Below are positions 30,715 to 41,054 of a DNA stretch of 62,899 bases, one piece after another (within the stretch, counting starts at the first letter, position 1; each line of letters starts with the position of its first letter). The DNA is from an uncultured Clostridium sp. Lineage in GTDB: Bacteria; Bacillota; Clostridia; TANB77; CAG-508. The translations under genes and the position numbers were made by a program. Where the stretch lies: positions 1 through 62,899 of the forward strand of contig CAKNRV010000005.1 in assembly GCA_930991035.1 (NCBI GenBank), given 5' to 3'. Below the pieces are notes generated by a model, which made no database searches, was not told the DNA's origin, and saw only the letters and a program-made list of their open reading frames with translations.

Positions 30715-31905
30715 TTATTTCATATCTCCGTTCATTGCTTGATCTAAGTCTGCTATAATGTCGTCTGCATCTTCTATACCTACAGACAAACGTAAAAGAG
30801 TATCTGTAATGCCTAGCGCTTCTCTTACCTCTTCCAAAATTTCTGTATGTGTTCTACTAACTGGGTGAGTAATTAAACTTTCTACTCCTCCTAAGCTTTC
30901 GGCAAATATAATTAGCTTTAATCTTGATAATATCTCATTTACTGTTTTTGTGCTATCTACTTTAAAAGATATCATACCACCAAATCCAGTAGTTTGTTTT
31001 TTAGTTATTTCATAATCTTTGTGGTCTTCAAAACCTACATAATATACTTTTTCAACTTTTGGTTGATTACGTAGCCAGTTTGCAACTTTCATTGCATTCT
31101 CTGCGTGCTTTTCCATTCTTAATGCTAATGTTTTTATTCCTCTTAGCATTATCCAAGAGTCCATTGGACCTAAACCTGCACCATAAATGTACATTTGTAT
31201 TTCTAGTTTTGCTCCAATATCACTATCTTTTACAACAACTATACCAGCTAGTACATCATTGTGACCAGCTAAATATTTTGTTCCACTATGCACAACTATA
31301 TCTGCGCCTAGTGTAAGTGGTTTTTGAAAATATGGTGTTAAAAATGTATTATCTACTACCACCAAAGCACCAATCTCGTGTCCCATTTTAGAAATTGCTT
31401 CAATATCAGCAACCTTCATCATTGGGTTAGTAGGTGTTTCAATAAATATCATTTTTGTATTTTTCTTGATAGTTCTTTTTAGCAAGTCTAAATTAGATAA
31501 GTCTATACTATCATACTCAACACCATTTACAGTTAGCACTTCGTTTACCTCTCTAAAAGTACCGCCATAAATGTCGTCTGACATAATTATGTGGTCACCT
31601 GGTTTTAGTAAAGAAAATACTAAAGTAATTGCAGCCATTCCTGAATTTACTGCAAAAGCTCTTGTTCCTTCCTCTAATATTGTCATTGTTTTTTCAAGTT
31701 CTTCTCTAGTTGGATTAATACATCTTGAATAATTATATCCAGATTTATCCTCTATTGATTTATGCTTGTACGTAGCTGTTTGATAAATTGGGAAACTAAG
31801 AGAACCTGTTTCTGGGTCTACCCCTTCTGCACCGTGTACAACTTTTGATGCAAATTTTAAATTTTCCTTTCTGTTAAAATTTTTGTAATCTTTTGAATCT
31901 TTCAT
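30715..31905 (-). CDS. PLP-dependent Cys/Met metabolism enzyme (cystathionine gamma-synthase/lyase family)
   Basis: YSRCINPT, ETPTNP, DNTF, HSGTKY and ESLGGVES; probable start MKDSK at 31905. Confidence 0.93.
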   Translation of the reverse strand: MKDSKDYKNFNRKENLKFASKVVHGAEGVDPETGSLSFPIYQTATYKHKSIEDKSGYNYSRCINPTREELEKTMTILEEGTRAFAVNSGMAAITLVFSLLKPGDHIIMSDDIYGGTFREVNEVLTVNGVEYDSIDLSNLDLLKRTIKKNTKMIFIETPTNPMMKVADIEAISKMGHEIGALVVVDNTFLTPYFQKPLTLGADIVVHSGTKYLAGHNDVLAGIVVVKDSDIGAKLEIQMYIYGAGLGPMDSWIMLRGIKTLALRMEKHAENAMKVANWLRNQPKVEKVYYVGFEDHKDYEITKKQTTGFGGMISFKVDSTKTVNEILSRLKLIIFAESLGGVESLITHPVSRTHTEILEEVREALGITDTLLRLSVGIEDADDIIADLDQAMNGDMK

Positions 31906-32035
31906 AATGTTACCTTCTTTTGAGACTCTTCGCCTCTGTTCGCTACACAGTATATTCTTAATTAAGAATATAAGCCTGTTTAAAAATACGTTATTATTAT
32001 ACACTATTTTCCAAAAATAGTACAGTCTTTTTATC

Positions 32036-32068
32036 AAAAAAGAGGAAACCTAAGTTTCCTCTTTTTTT
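32036..32068. terminator. Intrinsic terminator
   Basis: AAAAAAGAGGAAAC-ctaa-GTTTCCTCTTTTTT. Confidence 0.8.
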
Positions 32069-32083
32069 GAATAGGTAATTTTT

Positions 32084-32311
32084 TCAATATGGTCTACTAG
32101 GCCAACTGTTTTCACTTGTCTCTTCAAACACATATGGGTCAGTAGTAATAGGTATTATTTTTGAATCTTTCAAAAATAATGTCATCAAACCTATTATAGA
32201 TACAAATGTAAGAATCATTCCTATTATTGCTAGCTTAGTTTCGTTATTTATGCTAGCTATTCCCATCATTATTATGCCTAGAATTGCTATAACAATAAAT
32301 ACTAATGTCAC
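32084..32311 (-). CDS. Small two-TM hypothetical protein
   Basis: AAAGGA RBS, GTG start, two hydrophobic segments, own terminator. Confidence 0.6.
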   Translation of the reverse strand: MTLVFIVIAILGIIMMGIASINNETKLAIIGMILTFVSIIGLMTLFLKDSKIIPITTDPYVFEETSENSWPSRPY

Positions 32312-32458
32312 TGATTTTCATCCTTTCTCAATCGAGTGTGTCATTCTTCTATGTATGTGAACTCTGTCCCTATTCATAGCAGAGTTATTTTAAAGGATAT
32401 TAAAAAATTGGACAAATTTTATTATACCACGAACGTTACATAAAATCAACATTTTTTT

Positions 32459-35017
32459 CTATTCCGTTCTAAGTGCCTCTACTGGGTCTTTTTTGCTAGC
32501 CATTCTTGCTGGAATCAATCCTGCAATAATCGTAAGTATCATACTAATTGCTACAAGAATTATTCCTCCTACAACTGGTAAGCTTGCCAAGTTTGGTATG
32601 TCTGTTATGGACTTTATTATTATATTAATTGGTATATTCAAAAGTAGTGTAACTACTATTCCTAGAATTCCTGCTACCAAACCTATTATAAATGTTTCTG
32701 CATTGAATACTCTTGAAATGTCTTTCTTTGAAGCTCCAATGCTTCTTAAAATTCCTATTTCTTTTGTTCTTTCTAATACAGAAATGTATGTTATAATTCC
32801 TATCATTATTGAAGATACTACAAGTGAAATTCCTACAAATGCAATTAACACATAACTTATTGCATCTATTATTGTAGATACAGAACTCATCATTGTTCCT
32901 ACTAAATCTGTATATGTTATTACATTTTCTTCTTTGCCCTCGTCACGTTGTTTCTGGTTGTAGCTTTCAATTGCTGATGCTATTTGGTCCTTTGACTCAA
33001 AATCTTTTGGGTAAATGCTTATACTGCTTGGAGCGTCTAAGTCTACAACTCCCATTTTTTCTAAGTTTCCCTCATATGTTGCTGATGCATTTTCTGTATA
33101 CTGTTGCAATAATGCTGCCATTTCTTCTTCGCTTAGAGATGCTAAATACATTCTTTGCTCATCTGTCAAGCTTGAAAAATCAAATGATGCATTTGGGTCT
33201 TCTGGAAATTCTGCCCCTGTAAATACATTTATATCTTGATTTTCTTTTTGCTCTTTTACAATCTCTGCTCCATTTACTTTATTTATTACATATTCTTTAA
33301 GCTCTTTTGTGTATCCTATTGTACCAGACATAGTAGTAGCAACTGTTCCTTCCTTCTGTCTGATAATTCCTGCGATTTTAATTTCTTCTGCATTCTCTAA
33401 TTTTTCTTTTATATAATCTTCGTCTTCGCTATTGTCAATCCAAATATCTCCATCTTTTTCATAGTAGTCTGTATTTAATAGTACCTTGAATTTTGTATTT
33501 AACAATTCGTCATAAGTATATTCTTTTATTACTTCGTCTTCTACTTCTTCTCCATCTAATATTCTTTGATATTTATCTGCTAATTCATCTTGGTCAAGTA
33601 TTCCTAAAGCATATAAAGTGTAATCATATATTTCGTTGTTTTCGTCTACTATTAATACAACTTCATTATAGTTTTCTGGCCACTTTCCTGCCAAAACATC
33701 ATATTGGGACTCCAATAATTCTTGGTTATCCAAAAGTTCTTGCCATACATCAGTCTCTGCAACCATCATATTCTCCATATTTTCCATGCCAAGTTTTGAG
33801 AAAATCTGGCTTGGATTTACTTGAACAACATCGTCCTCGTCTTCTTTATATATGTTTAAATCTAAATTATAGCTGTATTGAACAGCATTCATATAATCTC
33901 GTATTTCGCTATTTTCGTCATCCAAATATTTTTTAAACTCTTCTAGATTATTGCTTTGGACTTTTGTAGATATTGTACTAAGCATATCATTTACAATATT
34001 TTTTGAATACACTTTTCCATCCTCGTGCTCGGTTTCTTCATTTTCTCCCATAAGAGAAGTCATCATACTTGCCATATCAATGGTTTCTTCTTGAACAGTA
34101 ATTGGATAAGACGAAAGTGTATCTTCCTCTACTCTATTAATATATGACTGCATTCCACTAGAAAGAGATAATATAAGTGCTATCCCTATGATTCCAATGC
34201 TTCCAGCAAAAGCTGTTAAAATTGTTCTGCCCTTTTTAGTCATAAGGTTATTTTTGCTAAGAGATAATGCAGTTAAAAAATTCATTGAAACTTTGCTATC
34301 TGCTTTAGGTGTTCTATCTTCTTTTTCTTCCTCTTCTATGCTGTATGGATTTGAATCTCCAGTAATCTTACCATCTAATATATTAATTATTCTGGTTGAA
34401 TATTTTTCTGCTAAATCCGGATTATGTGTAACCATTATAATTAATCTATCTTTAGAAATTTTCTTTAAGATTTCCATTACTTGCACACTGGTTTGTGTAT
34501 CAAGTGCACCTGTTGGCTCATCAGCTAGGATTATTTCTGGGTCATTTACTAAGGCTCTTGCTATTGCAACCCTTTGCATTTGACCACCAGATAATTGGTT
34601 TGGCTTTTTATGTATTTGCTCTCCAAGTCCAACAGCTTCTAAGGCTTTTATTGCCTTTTTCTTTCTTTCCGACTTAGATACTCCAGAAAGAGTAAGCGCC
34701 AATTCCACATTAGAAAGTATAGTTTGATGTGGTATTAAATTATAGCTTTGAAAAACAAAACCTACACTATGATTTCTGTATGAATCCCAATCTCTGTCTT
34801 TAAACTCTTTTGTTGACTTACCATTTATAACTAGGTCACCTGTTGTATATCTATCTAGTCCTCCTATTATATTTAATAAAGTAGTTTTGCCACAACCACT
34901 TTGACCCAAGATTGATACAAATTCGCTTTTTCTAAATTGTAAAGTAATTCCTTTTAAAGCCTCAACCCTACTATCGCCTGTGACATATTCTTTGGTAATA
35001 TTTTCTAGTCTTAACAT
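32459..35017 (-). CDS. ABC transporter ATP-binding/permease fusion (MacB/FtsX-like)
   Basis: GQSGCGKT, LSGGQ, ADEPTGALD; C-terminal SVLERTKEIG...DPVEALR. Confidence 0.93.
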   Translation of the reverse strand: MLRLENITKEYVTGDSRVEALKGITLQFRKSEFVSILGQSGCGKTTLLNIIGGLDRYTTGDLVINGKSTKEFKDRDWDSYRNHSVGFVFQSYNLIPHQTILSNVELALTLSGVSKSERKKKAIKALEAVGLGEQIHKKPNQLSGGQMQRVAIARALVNDPEIILADEPTGALDTQTSVQVMEILKKISKDRLIIMVTHNPDLAEKYSTRIINILDGKITGDSNPYSIEEEEKEDRTPKADSKVSMNFLTALSLSKNNLMTKKGRTILTAFAGSIGIIGIALILSLSSGMQSYINRVEEDTLSSYPITVQEETIDMASMMTSLMGENEETEHEDGKVYSKNIVNDMLSTISTKVQSNNLEEFKKYLDDENSEIRDYMNAVQYSYNLDLNIYKEDEDDVVQVNPSQIFSKLGMENMENMMVAETDVWQELLDNQELLESQYDVLAGKWPENYNEVVLIVDENNEIYDYTLYALGILDQDELADKYQRILDGEEVEDEVIKEYTYDELLNTKFKVLLNTDYYEKDGDIWIDNSEDEDYIKEKLENAEEIKIAGIIRQKEGTVATTMSGTIGYTKELKEYVINKVNGAEIVKEQKENQDINVFTGAEFPEDPNASFDFSSLTDEQRMYLASLSEEEMAALLQQYTENASATYEGNLEKMGVVDLDAPSSISIYPKDFESKDQIASAIESYNQKQRDEGKEENVITYTDLVGTMMSSVSTIIDAISYVLIAFVGISLVVSSIMIGIITYISVLERTKEIGILRSIGASKKDISRVFNAETFIIGLVAGILGIVVTLLLNIPINIIIKSITDIPNLASLPVVGGIILVAISMILTIIAGLIPARMASKKDPVEALRTE

Positions 35018-35145
35018 ATTTTTTCCTTACTTAATTTATTTAGATTTTTATGTTGGCTTTACCTATAAACCATTATTTGTTTTTGTATTATCATTCATTT
35101 ACATTTTATTCAATATTTTTCACAATTATTTCACATTGCGCATTA

Positions 35146-35200
35146 TGTTACTAAATATATCGGGCGAAGCAATGTATATTATTAGCTGTAAATAGTAACA
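35146..35200 (+). repeat. GCGAAGCAATGT-family dispersed repeat
   Basis: TGTTACTAAATATATCGGGCGAAGCAATGT..TAGCTGTAAATAGTAACA. Confidence 0.78.
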
Positions 35201-35220
35201 ACTTCCTAAATGCACTAAAA

Positions 35221-35895
35221 TTACATTACGTAAAGCAAAATGCAAAAGAATTGTAGCAAGCTACCTAATAATATGAACAAATGAAAAATAGAATGCATCC
35301 ATTTGTGTTTTTTACCTACACCATAAAGAACGGCTCCTATTGTATAAGCTATACCTCCTGCTACTAAAAGAACTAAGCCAGCAGTTGGCAATAGTACTGG
35401 CAATAAATTTACTTTAAATATAATTGCCCAACCCATTCCTAGGTAACAAATCATAGAAAATAGTTTATATTTTTTTAGGTCTATTGCATTTAGAACAATA
35501 CCTATTATAGCCATAGCCCATATAATTCCAAATATTGTCCAACCTGTCGCCGTGTCATATTCTCTAAATGTGCATAGTGCAAATGGTGTATATGAACCTG
35601 CAATAAGCAAAAATATTGTACAATGATCTAGTACTTGCATTACTTTTTTTCCAGTGCATCTAGGACTAAGCCCGTGATAGATGCTGGACATTGTATATAA
35701 AATAAGCATTGTAGTGCCATAAATTGCCCCACTTACTACGCCATAGCCATTTCCATTTACTGCTGCCTTAACAACACATAGCACTATTGCAACTATTCCT
35801 AACACTGCTCCCACTATATGTGAAGTCATATTAAAAATTTCTTCTCCCTTTGTATAAGTAGGAAGGATTCTATCTTTCAATTTTGTTCTGGTCAT
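35221..35895 (-). CDS. Hemolysin III / PAQR family membrane protein
   Basis: EEIFN..SH, SSIYH, LDH..IFLLIAGSYTP and HSIFHLF motifs. Confidence 0.93.
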   Translation of the reverse strand: MTRTKLKDRILPTYTKGEEIFNMTSHIVGAVLGIVAIVLCVVKAAVNGNGYGVVSGAIYGTTMLILYTMSSIYHGLSPRCTGKKVMQVLDHCTIFLLIAGSYTPFALCTFREYDTATGWTIFGIIWAMAIIGIVLNAIDLKKYKLFSMICYLGMGWAIIFKVNLLPVLLPTAGLVLLVAGGIAYTIGAVLYGVGKKHKWMHSIFHLFILLGSLLQFFCILLYVM

Positions 35896-35927
35896 ATATT
35901 CACCTTTCTTATGATATTTTTGATCTA

Positions 35928-36887
35928 TTAGTTTTCTTCAATAATCTTATCAATTGAATCTTTTCTCATTTGTCTAATTATATTACAGCTATTGTTTAAT
36001 CTTTCTTGTTCCTTATCATTTAAGTCTAAATCTAATAACTCTCTAACACCCTTTGAGTTAATTATTGCTGGCACCCCAATAAAAATGTCGTCTTGACCAT
36101 AAGCTCCATCTTTCAAATATGTTGAAACTGTAAGAATTGAATTTTCATTATCCAATATTGCTCTTACTATTCTATTTAAAGCCATACCAATTCCATAGTA
36201 TGTTGCCTTTTTCTTATCAATTATCTCATAAGCTGCATCAACAACACCTTTGTGAATTTTATCCAAGTCAGATATAGGATGGTTGTTGTCTTTCATTACA
36301 TCTTTAATTTTTTTGCATCCTATATAAGCGTGTTCCCAAGGTACAAATGAAGAATCTCCGTGTTCCCCCATTATATACGCGTGAATATTTTTGCTTGAAA
36401 CCTTAAAATAGTCTGCTAATAAGTAACGAAGTCTTGCTGTGTCCAATACTGTTCCTGATCCGAATACTTGATTTGTTGGAAGTCCAGAAACTTTAGCCAC
36501 AACATAAGTCATTAAATCTACTGGGTTAGTTGCTACTATTATAATTCCGTTAAATCCACTAGCCATAATTTGTTTTGTTATACTTTTCATTATTTTTGTA
36601 TTTGTTTCTGCAAGCTCAAGTCTTGTTTGACCAGGTTTTTGAGCTGCTCCAGCAGTAATTACAACTATTTGTGCATCTTTACACTCGCTGTAATCCCCTG
36701 CTTTTATTACCATTTTTTGTGGCGCATATGGAAGCCCGTGTGACAAGTCCATCTCCTCTCCCTTTGCCTTATCTGCATCAAGATCTATAAGAACTAACTC
36801 GTCGATTCCACCTCTGTTTAACATCGAGTATGCCATACTCATTCCTACAAATCCTGTTCCTACTAAAACAATTTTTCCTTTTTTCAT
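35928..36887 (-). CDS. ldh: L-lactate dehydrogenase
   Basis: GTGFVG, QKPGQTRL, SGTVLDTAR, GEHGDS and ATYYGIG. Confidence 0.96.
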   Translation of the reverse strand: MKKGKIVLVGTGFVGMSMAYSMLNRGGIDELVLIDLDADKAKGEEMDLSHGLPYAPQKMVIKAGDYSECKDAQIVVITAGAAQKPGQTRLELAETNTKIMKSITKQIMASGFNGIIIVATNPVDLMTYVVAKVSGLPTNQVFGSGTVLDTARLRYLLADYFKVSSKNIHAYIMGEHGDSSFVPWEHAYIGCKKIKDVMKDNNHPISDLDKIHKGVVDAAYEIIDKKKATYYGIGMALNRIVRAILDNENSILTVSTYLKDGAYGQDDIFIGVPAIINSKGVRELLDLDLNDKEQERLNNSCNIIRQMRKDSIDKIIEEN

Positions 36888-37171
36888 TAATGTCCTTCCT
36901 TTCCTAAAGTGCTGTTTCATTGGTTTTTCTGTTTTATTGATTTTCTGCTTGCATTACAAATTCCAAGCAGTATCAATATTGCTCTCGCACTTTATTTGTA
37001 AAATTTCCACACATTACTTTATCACATTATGGCACACTTTTCAATTATTTAAACGATTTTTTTATTTATCGGTATTTTATGGTTATAATTTATGTATATT
37101 GACAGTTTATTATAATTTATGTTATTATGAAAATGCACTTCTTTCTATTGTTGAAAGGGGGATAGCTTACA

Positions 37172-37240
37172 ATGAAAGAATTCCTAAAATTATTGGAACT
37201 TTATTTGATTTATTTAATTATAAAGAAAATGAAGGACTAA
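37172..37240 (+). CDS. Putative type I toxin, 22-aa hydrophobic peptide MKEFLKLLELYLIYLIIKKMKD
   Basis: Promoter TTGACA(37099)-18 nt-TATTAT; GAAAGGGGG RBS paired with upstream CTTCTTTC; terminator directly after the stop. Confidence 0.6.
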   Translation: MKEFLKLLELYLIYLIIKKMKD

Positions 37241-37306
37241 TAAAAAAGACTAGGTCTTGCACACCTAGTCTTTTTTTACAATAAAAGAATTCCTTTTGCA
37301 ATTGCT
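37238..37306 (-). ncRNA. Putative antitoxin sRNA convergent on the small ORF
   Basis: Consensus TTGACA(37336-41)-17 nt-TATAAT(37313-18) on the minus strand; carries the complement of a 19-nt repeat spanning the toxin start codon. Confidence 0.5.
37242..37277. terminator. Bidirectional terminator
   Basis: AAAAAAGACTAGGT-7 nt-ACCTAGTCTTTTTT. Confidence 0.85.
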
Positions 37307-37351
37307 ATAAATATTATAGCTTATTTTTTATTATATGTCAAATTTTTTTCT

Positions 37352-39805
37352 TTATTCAACCTTTACCTCATCATTTTCTGCAATAATTTTAGCTTTCTTA
37401 TGTGGCACTATTTTGCCATCAAGTATTGCCTCTGCAATTTTGTCCTCTACAATGCTTTGTATCGCTCTTTTTAGAGGTCTTGCACCATAATTATTGTCTA
37501 TACCTTTTTTAGCAACTAATTCTTTTACAGATTCGTCTATTTCTATATTGTACTCCTGCTCTTTTAATCTTTTTTGTACTTGTTTTAACATTATATCTAT
37601 AATTTGTTTAATATCTGCATCTGTCAATTTGTGGAACACTATTATATCGTCAATACGATTTATAAATTCTGGTCTAAACTGTTTCTTTAATTCTGCCATT
37701 ACATCTTTTTTGATGTCTTCGTATTCCTTTTCTTGACCTTTTTCTTTATCTGTCGCACTTTGGCTAAATCCAAGTACATTTTTATCTGTAATCATTCTTG
37801 CACCAACATTTGATGTCATAATTATTACAGTGTTTTTAAAGTTTACTGTTCTACCTTGTGCATCTGTAAGTCTACCATCGTCAAGAATTTGAAGTAGCAT
37901 ATTCATAACATCTGGGTGTGCTTTTTCTATTTCGTCAAATAGTATTACAGAGTATGGTTTTCTTCTTATTCTTTCTGTTAATTGTCCTCCATCGTCATAT
38001 CCTACATATCCTGGAGGTGAGCCAATAAGTTTTGCAACTGAATGTGGTTCCATATATTCAGACATATCAACCCTTATCATTGCATCTTCGTTTCCGAAAA
38101 GTGCCTCTGCCAATGCTTTTGAAAGTTCTGTTTTACCAACACCTGTTGGTCCTAAGAATAGGAATGAACCTATTGGTCTATTTGGATCTTTTAGACCAAC
38201 TCTACCTCTTCTTATTGCTTTACTCACTGCATCAACTGCTTCGTTTTGTCCTATTACTCTTTTATGCAAGGTTTCTTCCAAATGTTTTAATTTTTCATTC
38301 TCGTCTTGAGTAATCTTGTTTACAGGAATTCCTGTCCAGCTTGCGATTACTTCTGCAATATCTTCCTCTGTCAAACTTAAAACATTCTTACTATTTTTGC
38401 TTTGCCATTTTTTCTTTTCTTTTTCTAATTTATCTTTTTGCTCATTTTCCTTATCTCTAAGTCCAGCTGCTTTTTCGAAGTCCTGAACTCTTATTGCTTC
38501 CTCTTTTTCTTTATCTAATGACGCTATTTTTTCTTCAATTTCTTTTATGCTATCTGGCATTGTATATGTTCTCATTTTTACTCTTGATGCTGCCTCGTCC
38601 ATTAGGTCTATTGCTTTATCTGGTAAAAATCTATCATTAATATATCTTATAGATAAATCTACTGCTGCTTTTATTGCCTCTTCTGTAATTTTTACATTAT
38701 GGTGAGCTTCGTATTTATCTCTTAAACCTTCTAGAATTTTTATTGTTTCTTCTTCAGTTGGCTCTCCAACAGTTACAGGGCTAAACCTTCTTTCCAATGC
38801 ACTATCTTTTTCAATATATTTTCTATATTCATTTAAAGTAGTAGCACCTACAACCTGTACTTCTCCTCTTGCTAAAAGTGGTTTTAAAATATTTGCTGCA
38901 TCTACCGCACCTTCTGCAGAACCTGCCCCAACTATTGTATGAATTTCGTCAATGAAAAGAATTACATCTCCAGCTTTTCTAACCTCTGCTAAACATTTTT
39001 TAATTCTTTCTTCAAAGTCTCCTCTATATTTTGCACCTGCTACCATACCAGATATATCAAGTGCAACTACTCTTTTATTTTTAAGCATTTCTGGCACATC
39101 GTCTGCCACTATTTTTTCGGCCAAGCCTTCTACAACTGCTGTTTTACCAACACCTGGTTCACCAATTAAACAAGGATTATTTTTAGTTCTTCTTGAAAGT
39201 ATTTGTATAACCCTATCAATTTCATTTTTCCTACCTATTACGGGGTCAAGTTTTCCTTCACTTGCCTGTTTTGTTAAGTCAGAACCAAATTGATTTAATG
39301 TAGGTGTAGAATTAAAACTTCCGGAATTTTTATTTGAGCCACCTCTTGATGCATTAAAGTCATTTTCATCTTCACTTAAAACTTTTACAATTTCATTATA
39401 CATTTTTCTTGGGTCTAAATTTAAATCTAGCATTATTCTAACAGCAACACTATCTCCTTCTTGCATAATTCCAATTAGTAAATGTTCTGTTCCAATAAAT
39501 TCAGAACCTAATTTACGAGCCTCTATAAATGCATTTTCTATAACTCTTTTGCTTCTAGGTGTAAAACCTAAAGACTCATTTGGGTTTAAAGGCTCCCCAG
39601 TTCCAATAAGCATTTCTATTTCCTGTAAAATATCTTCAGCAGTAATGTCTTGGTTTTCCAAAACCTTGCTTGCAACACCAGTACCTTCTTTGCATAGTCC
39701 ATATAGAATATGCTCAGTACCAATATATGTATGTCCAAGCTCTAAAGCAATCTCATTAGCAAGTTCAATTGCTTTTTCTGCTCTGTTTGTAAATTTATAC
39801 ATCAT
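37352..39805 (-). CDS. clpC: ATP-dependent Clp protease ATPase subunit
   Basis: Clp N repeats, two AAA modules (GEPGVGKT, GPTGVGKT), UVR linker, operon context. Confidence 0.98.
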   Translation of the reverse strand: MMYKFTNRAEKAIELANEIALELGHTYIGTEHILYGLCKEGTGVASKVLENQDITAEDILQEIEMLIGTGEPLNPNESLGFTPRSKRVIENAFIEARKLGSEFIGTEHLLIGIMQEGDSVAVRIMLDLNLDPRKMYNEIVKVLSEDENDFNASRGGSNKNSGSFNSTPTLNQFGSDLTKQASEGKLDPVIGRKNEIDRVIQILSRRTKNNPCLIGEPGVGKTAVVEGLAEKIVADDVPEMLKNKRVVALDISGMVAGAKYRGDFEERIKKCLAEVRKAGDVILFIDEIHTIVGAGSAEGAVDAANILKPLLARGEVQVVGATTLNEYRKYIEKDSALERRFSPVTVGEPTEEETIKILEGLRDKYEAHHNVKITEEAIKAAVDLSIRYINDRFLPDKAIDLMDEAASRVKMRTYTMPDSIKEIEEKIASLDKEKEEAIRVQDFEKAAGLRDKENEQKDKLEKEKKKWQSKNSKNVLSLTEEDIAEVIASWTGIPVNKITQDENEKLKHLEETLHKRVIGQNEAVDAVSKAIRRGRVGLKDPNRPIGSFLFLGPTGVGKTELSKALAEALFGNEDAMIRVDMSEYMEPHSVAKLIGSPPGYVGYDDGGQLTERIRRKPYSVILFDEIEKAHPDVMNMLLQILDDGRLTDAQGRTVNFKNTVIIMTSNVGARMITDKNVLGFSQSATDKEKGQEKEYEDIKKDVMAELKKQFRPEFINRIDDIIVFHKLTDADIKQIIDIMLKQVQKRLKEQEYNIEIDESVKELVAKKGIDNNYGARPLKRAIQSIVEDKIAEAILDGKIVPHKKAKIIAENDEVKVE

Positions 39806-39829
39806 AATTTTTCACTCTCCTAACTTTAA

Positions 39830-40855
39830 CTACTTATTTAATCCTTTTATAATTTGCTTAACTGCCTCTGCTCTTTTTATTTCTCTTTCGTATCCTTCCA
39901 TTGTTTTTCCAAAATATTTTTGTAAATTTCCTGCTTTTGTATATAATTCTAATTCTTTAACTTTGCTATCATCCAGTTCTTTAATTATTCCCAAATCTGT
40001 TCCTAGTTTTACATCTGATAACAATTTTTTACATTCTTCTGACGATAGTTTTGATGCATACGCTAGCACACCAAATGCTCTGTATACTCTATCTTCTATT
40101 TCTGTTTGATTTTTGCCTAAATAATTTCTTGCTGTTCTTTCTTGTTCTATTATTTTTTCTGTAATATTTTTTACATTTGTAGCAATTTCTTTTTCTGTTA
40201 ATCCTATTGTTTGTGTATTAGATATTTGATACAAATCCCCATCATTTTGTGTTCCTTCACCATATACTCCTTTTATGTTCATTCCCAAATTATTTACTAT
40301 TCTTAGAACTTTTGATAAATTGCCTGTCATAGTTAATGCTGGTAAATGCACTATTACAGATGCTTTCATACCAGTTCCCACATTGATTGGAGATGCAGTC
40401 AAATATCCAAATTTTTCACTAAATGAATAATCAACTAAATCACCTAACTTTTCATCAATTTCTATTATTAAATTCATTAAATTTTCAAGCTCTTGTCCAC
40501 TGCTAAATACTTGCAATTTAATATGATCTTCTTCGTTTATCATAATACAAATATTTTCATCATCATTTACTATAACTGCTTTTTTATGTTCTTTATTTAC
40601 AGCAAAGTCTGGACTAATTAAATGTTTCTCTATTAAACTTAATTTTGTTACATCATCCAAGTCCTTCAAGTCAATGTACTTTAGTCCGTAACCCAAACTA
40701 GGCATAACTTCCTTAATTTTAGTTAAAATATTATTTTGTTCTTCTACCGAACATTTACTTAGGAACTTAAAAACATTTAAGTTCCTATTTAGTCTTACTC
40801 TTGAGCTTACTACTACATCAGAATCCTTACCATTTTGTAAATACCAATTTGCCAT
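39830..40855 (-). CDS. mcsB: Protein-arginine kinase McsB (divergent active site)
   Basis: NEEDH, GYLTASPINVGTG and YGEG motifs; position in the ctsR operon. Confidence 0.93.
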   Translation of the reverse strand: MANWYLQNGKDSDVVVSSRVRLNRNLNVFKFLSKCSVEEQNNILTKIKEVMPSLGYGLKYIDLKDLDDVTKLSLIEKHLISPDFAVNKEHKKAVIVNDDENICIMINEEDHIKLQVFSSGQELENLMNLIIEIDEKLGDLVDYSFSEKFGYLTASPINVGTGMKASVIVHLPALTMTGNLSKVLRIVNNLGMNIKGVYGEGTQNDGDLYQISNTQTIGLTEKEIATNVKNITEKIIEQERTARNYLGKNQTEIEDRVYRAFGVLAYASKLSSEECKKLLSDVKLGTDLGIIKELDDSKVKELELYTKAGNLQKYFGKTMEGYEREIKRAEAVKQIIKGLNK

Positions 40856-41054
40856 TATTTTAACCTCCGATTCATTTTTATTTTACATTTTACAAATATT
40901 TTTGAAATGTTTTACTAAATTATTTTTTTATTGTTATTTTAATTATCTTTTAGCTTTGAAATTATAATTTACAATTTTTCAAATTCCAAACTTTTCCATT
41001 TATAATAAAGCTACACATTTTTTGTTTTTTACAATTTAGATTTATTTCTAAATT

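Noticed and set aside
31906-32037. SAM or lysine riboswitch upstream of the Cys/Met enzyme, and the 44-aa N-terminal ORF extension
   Set aside because: Only a simple hairpin and AGAGGCG are present, with no SAM-I core. The extension overlaps the promoter region, and the better start is at 31905.
36937-37284. 115-aa plus-strand ORF from the track
   Set aside because: No RBS; it runs across a promoter and terminator. The 22-aa ORF in another frame explains the signals.
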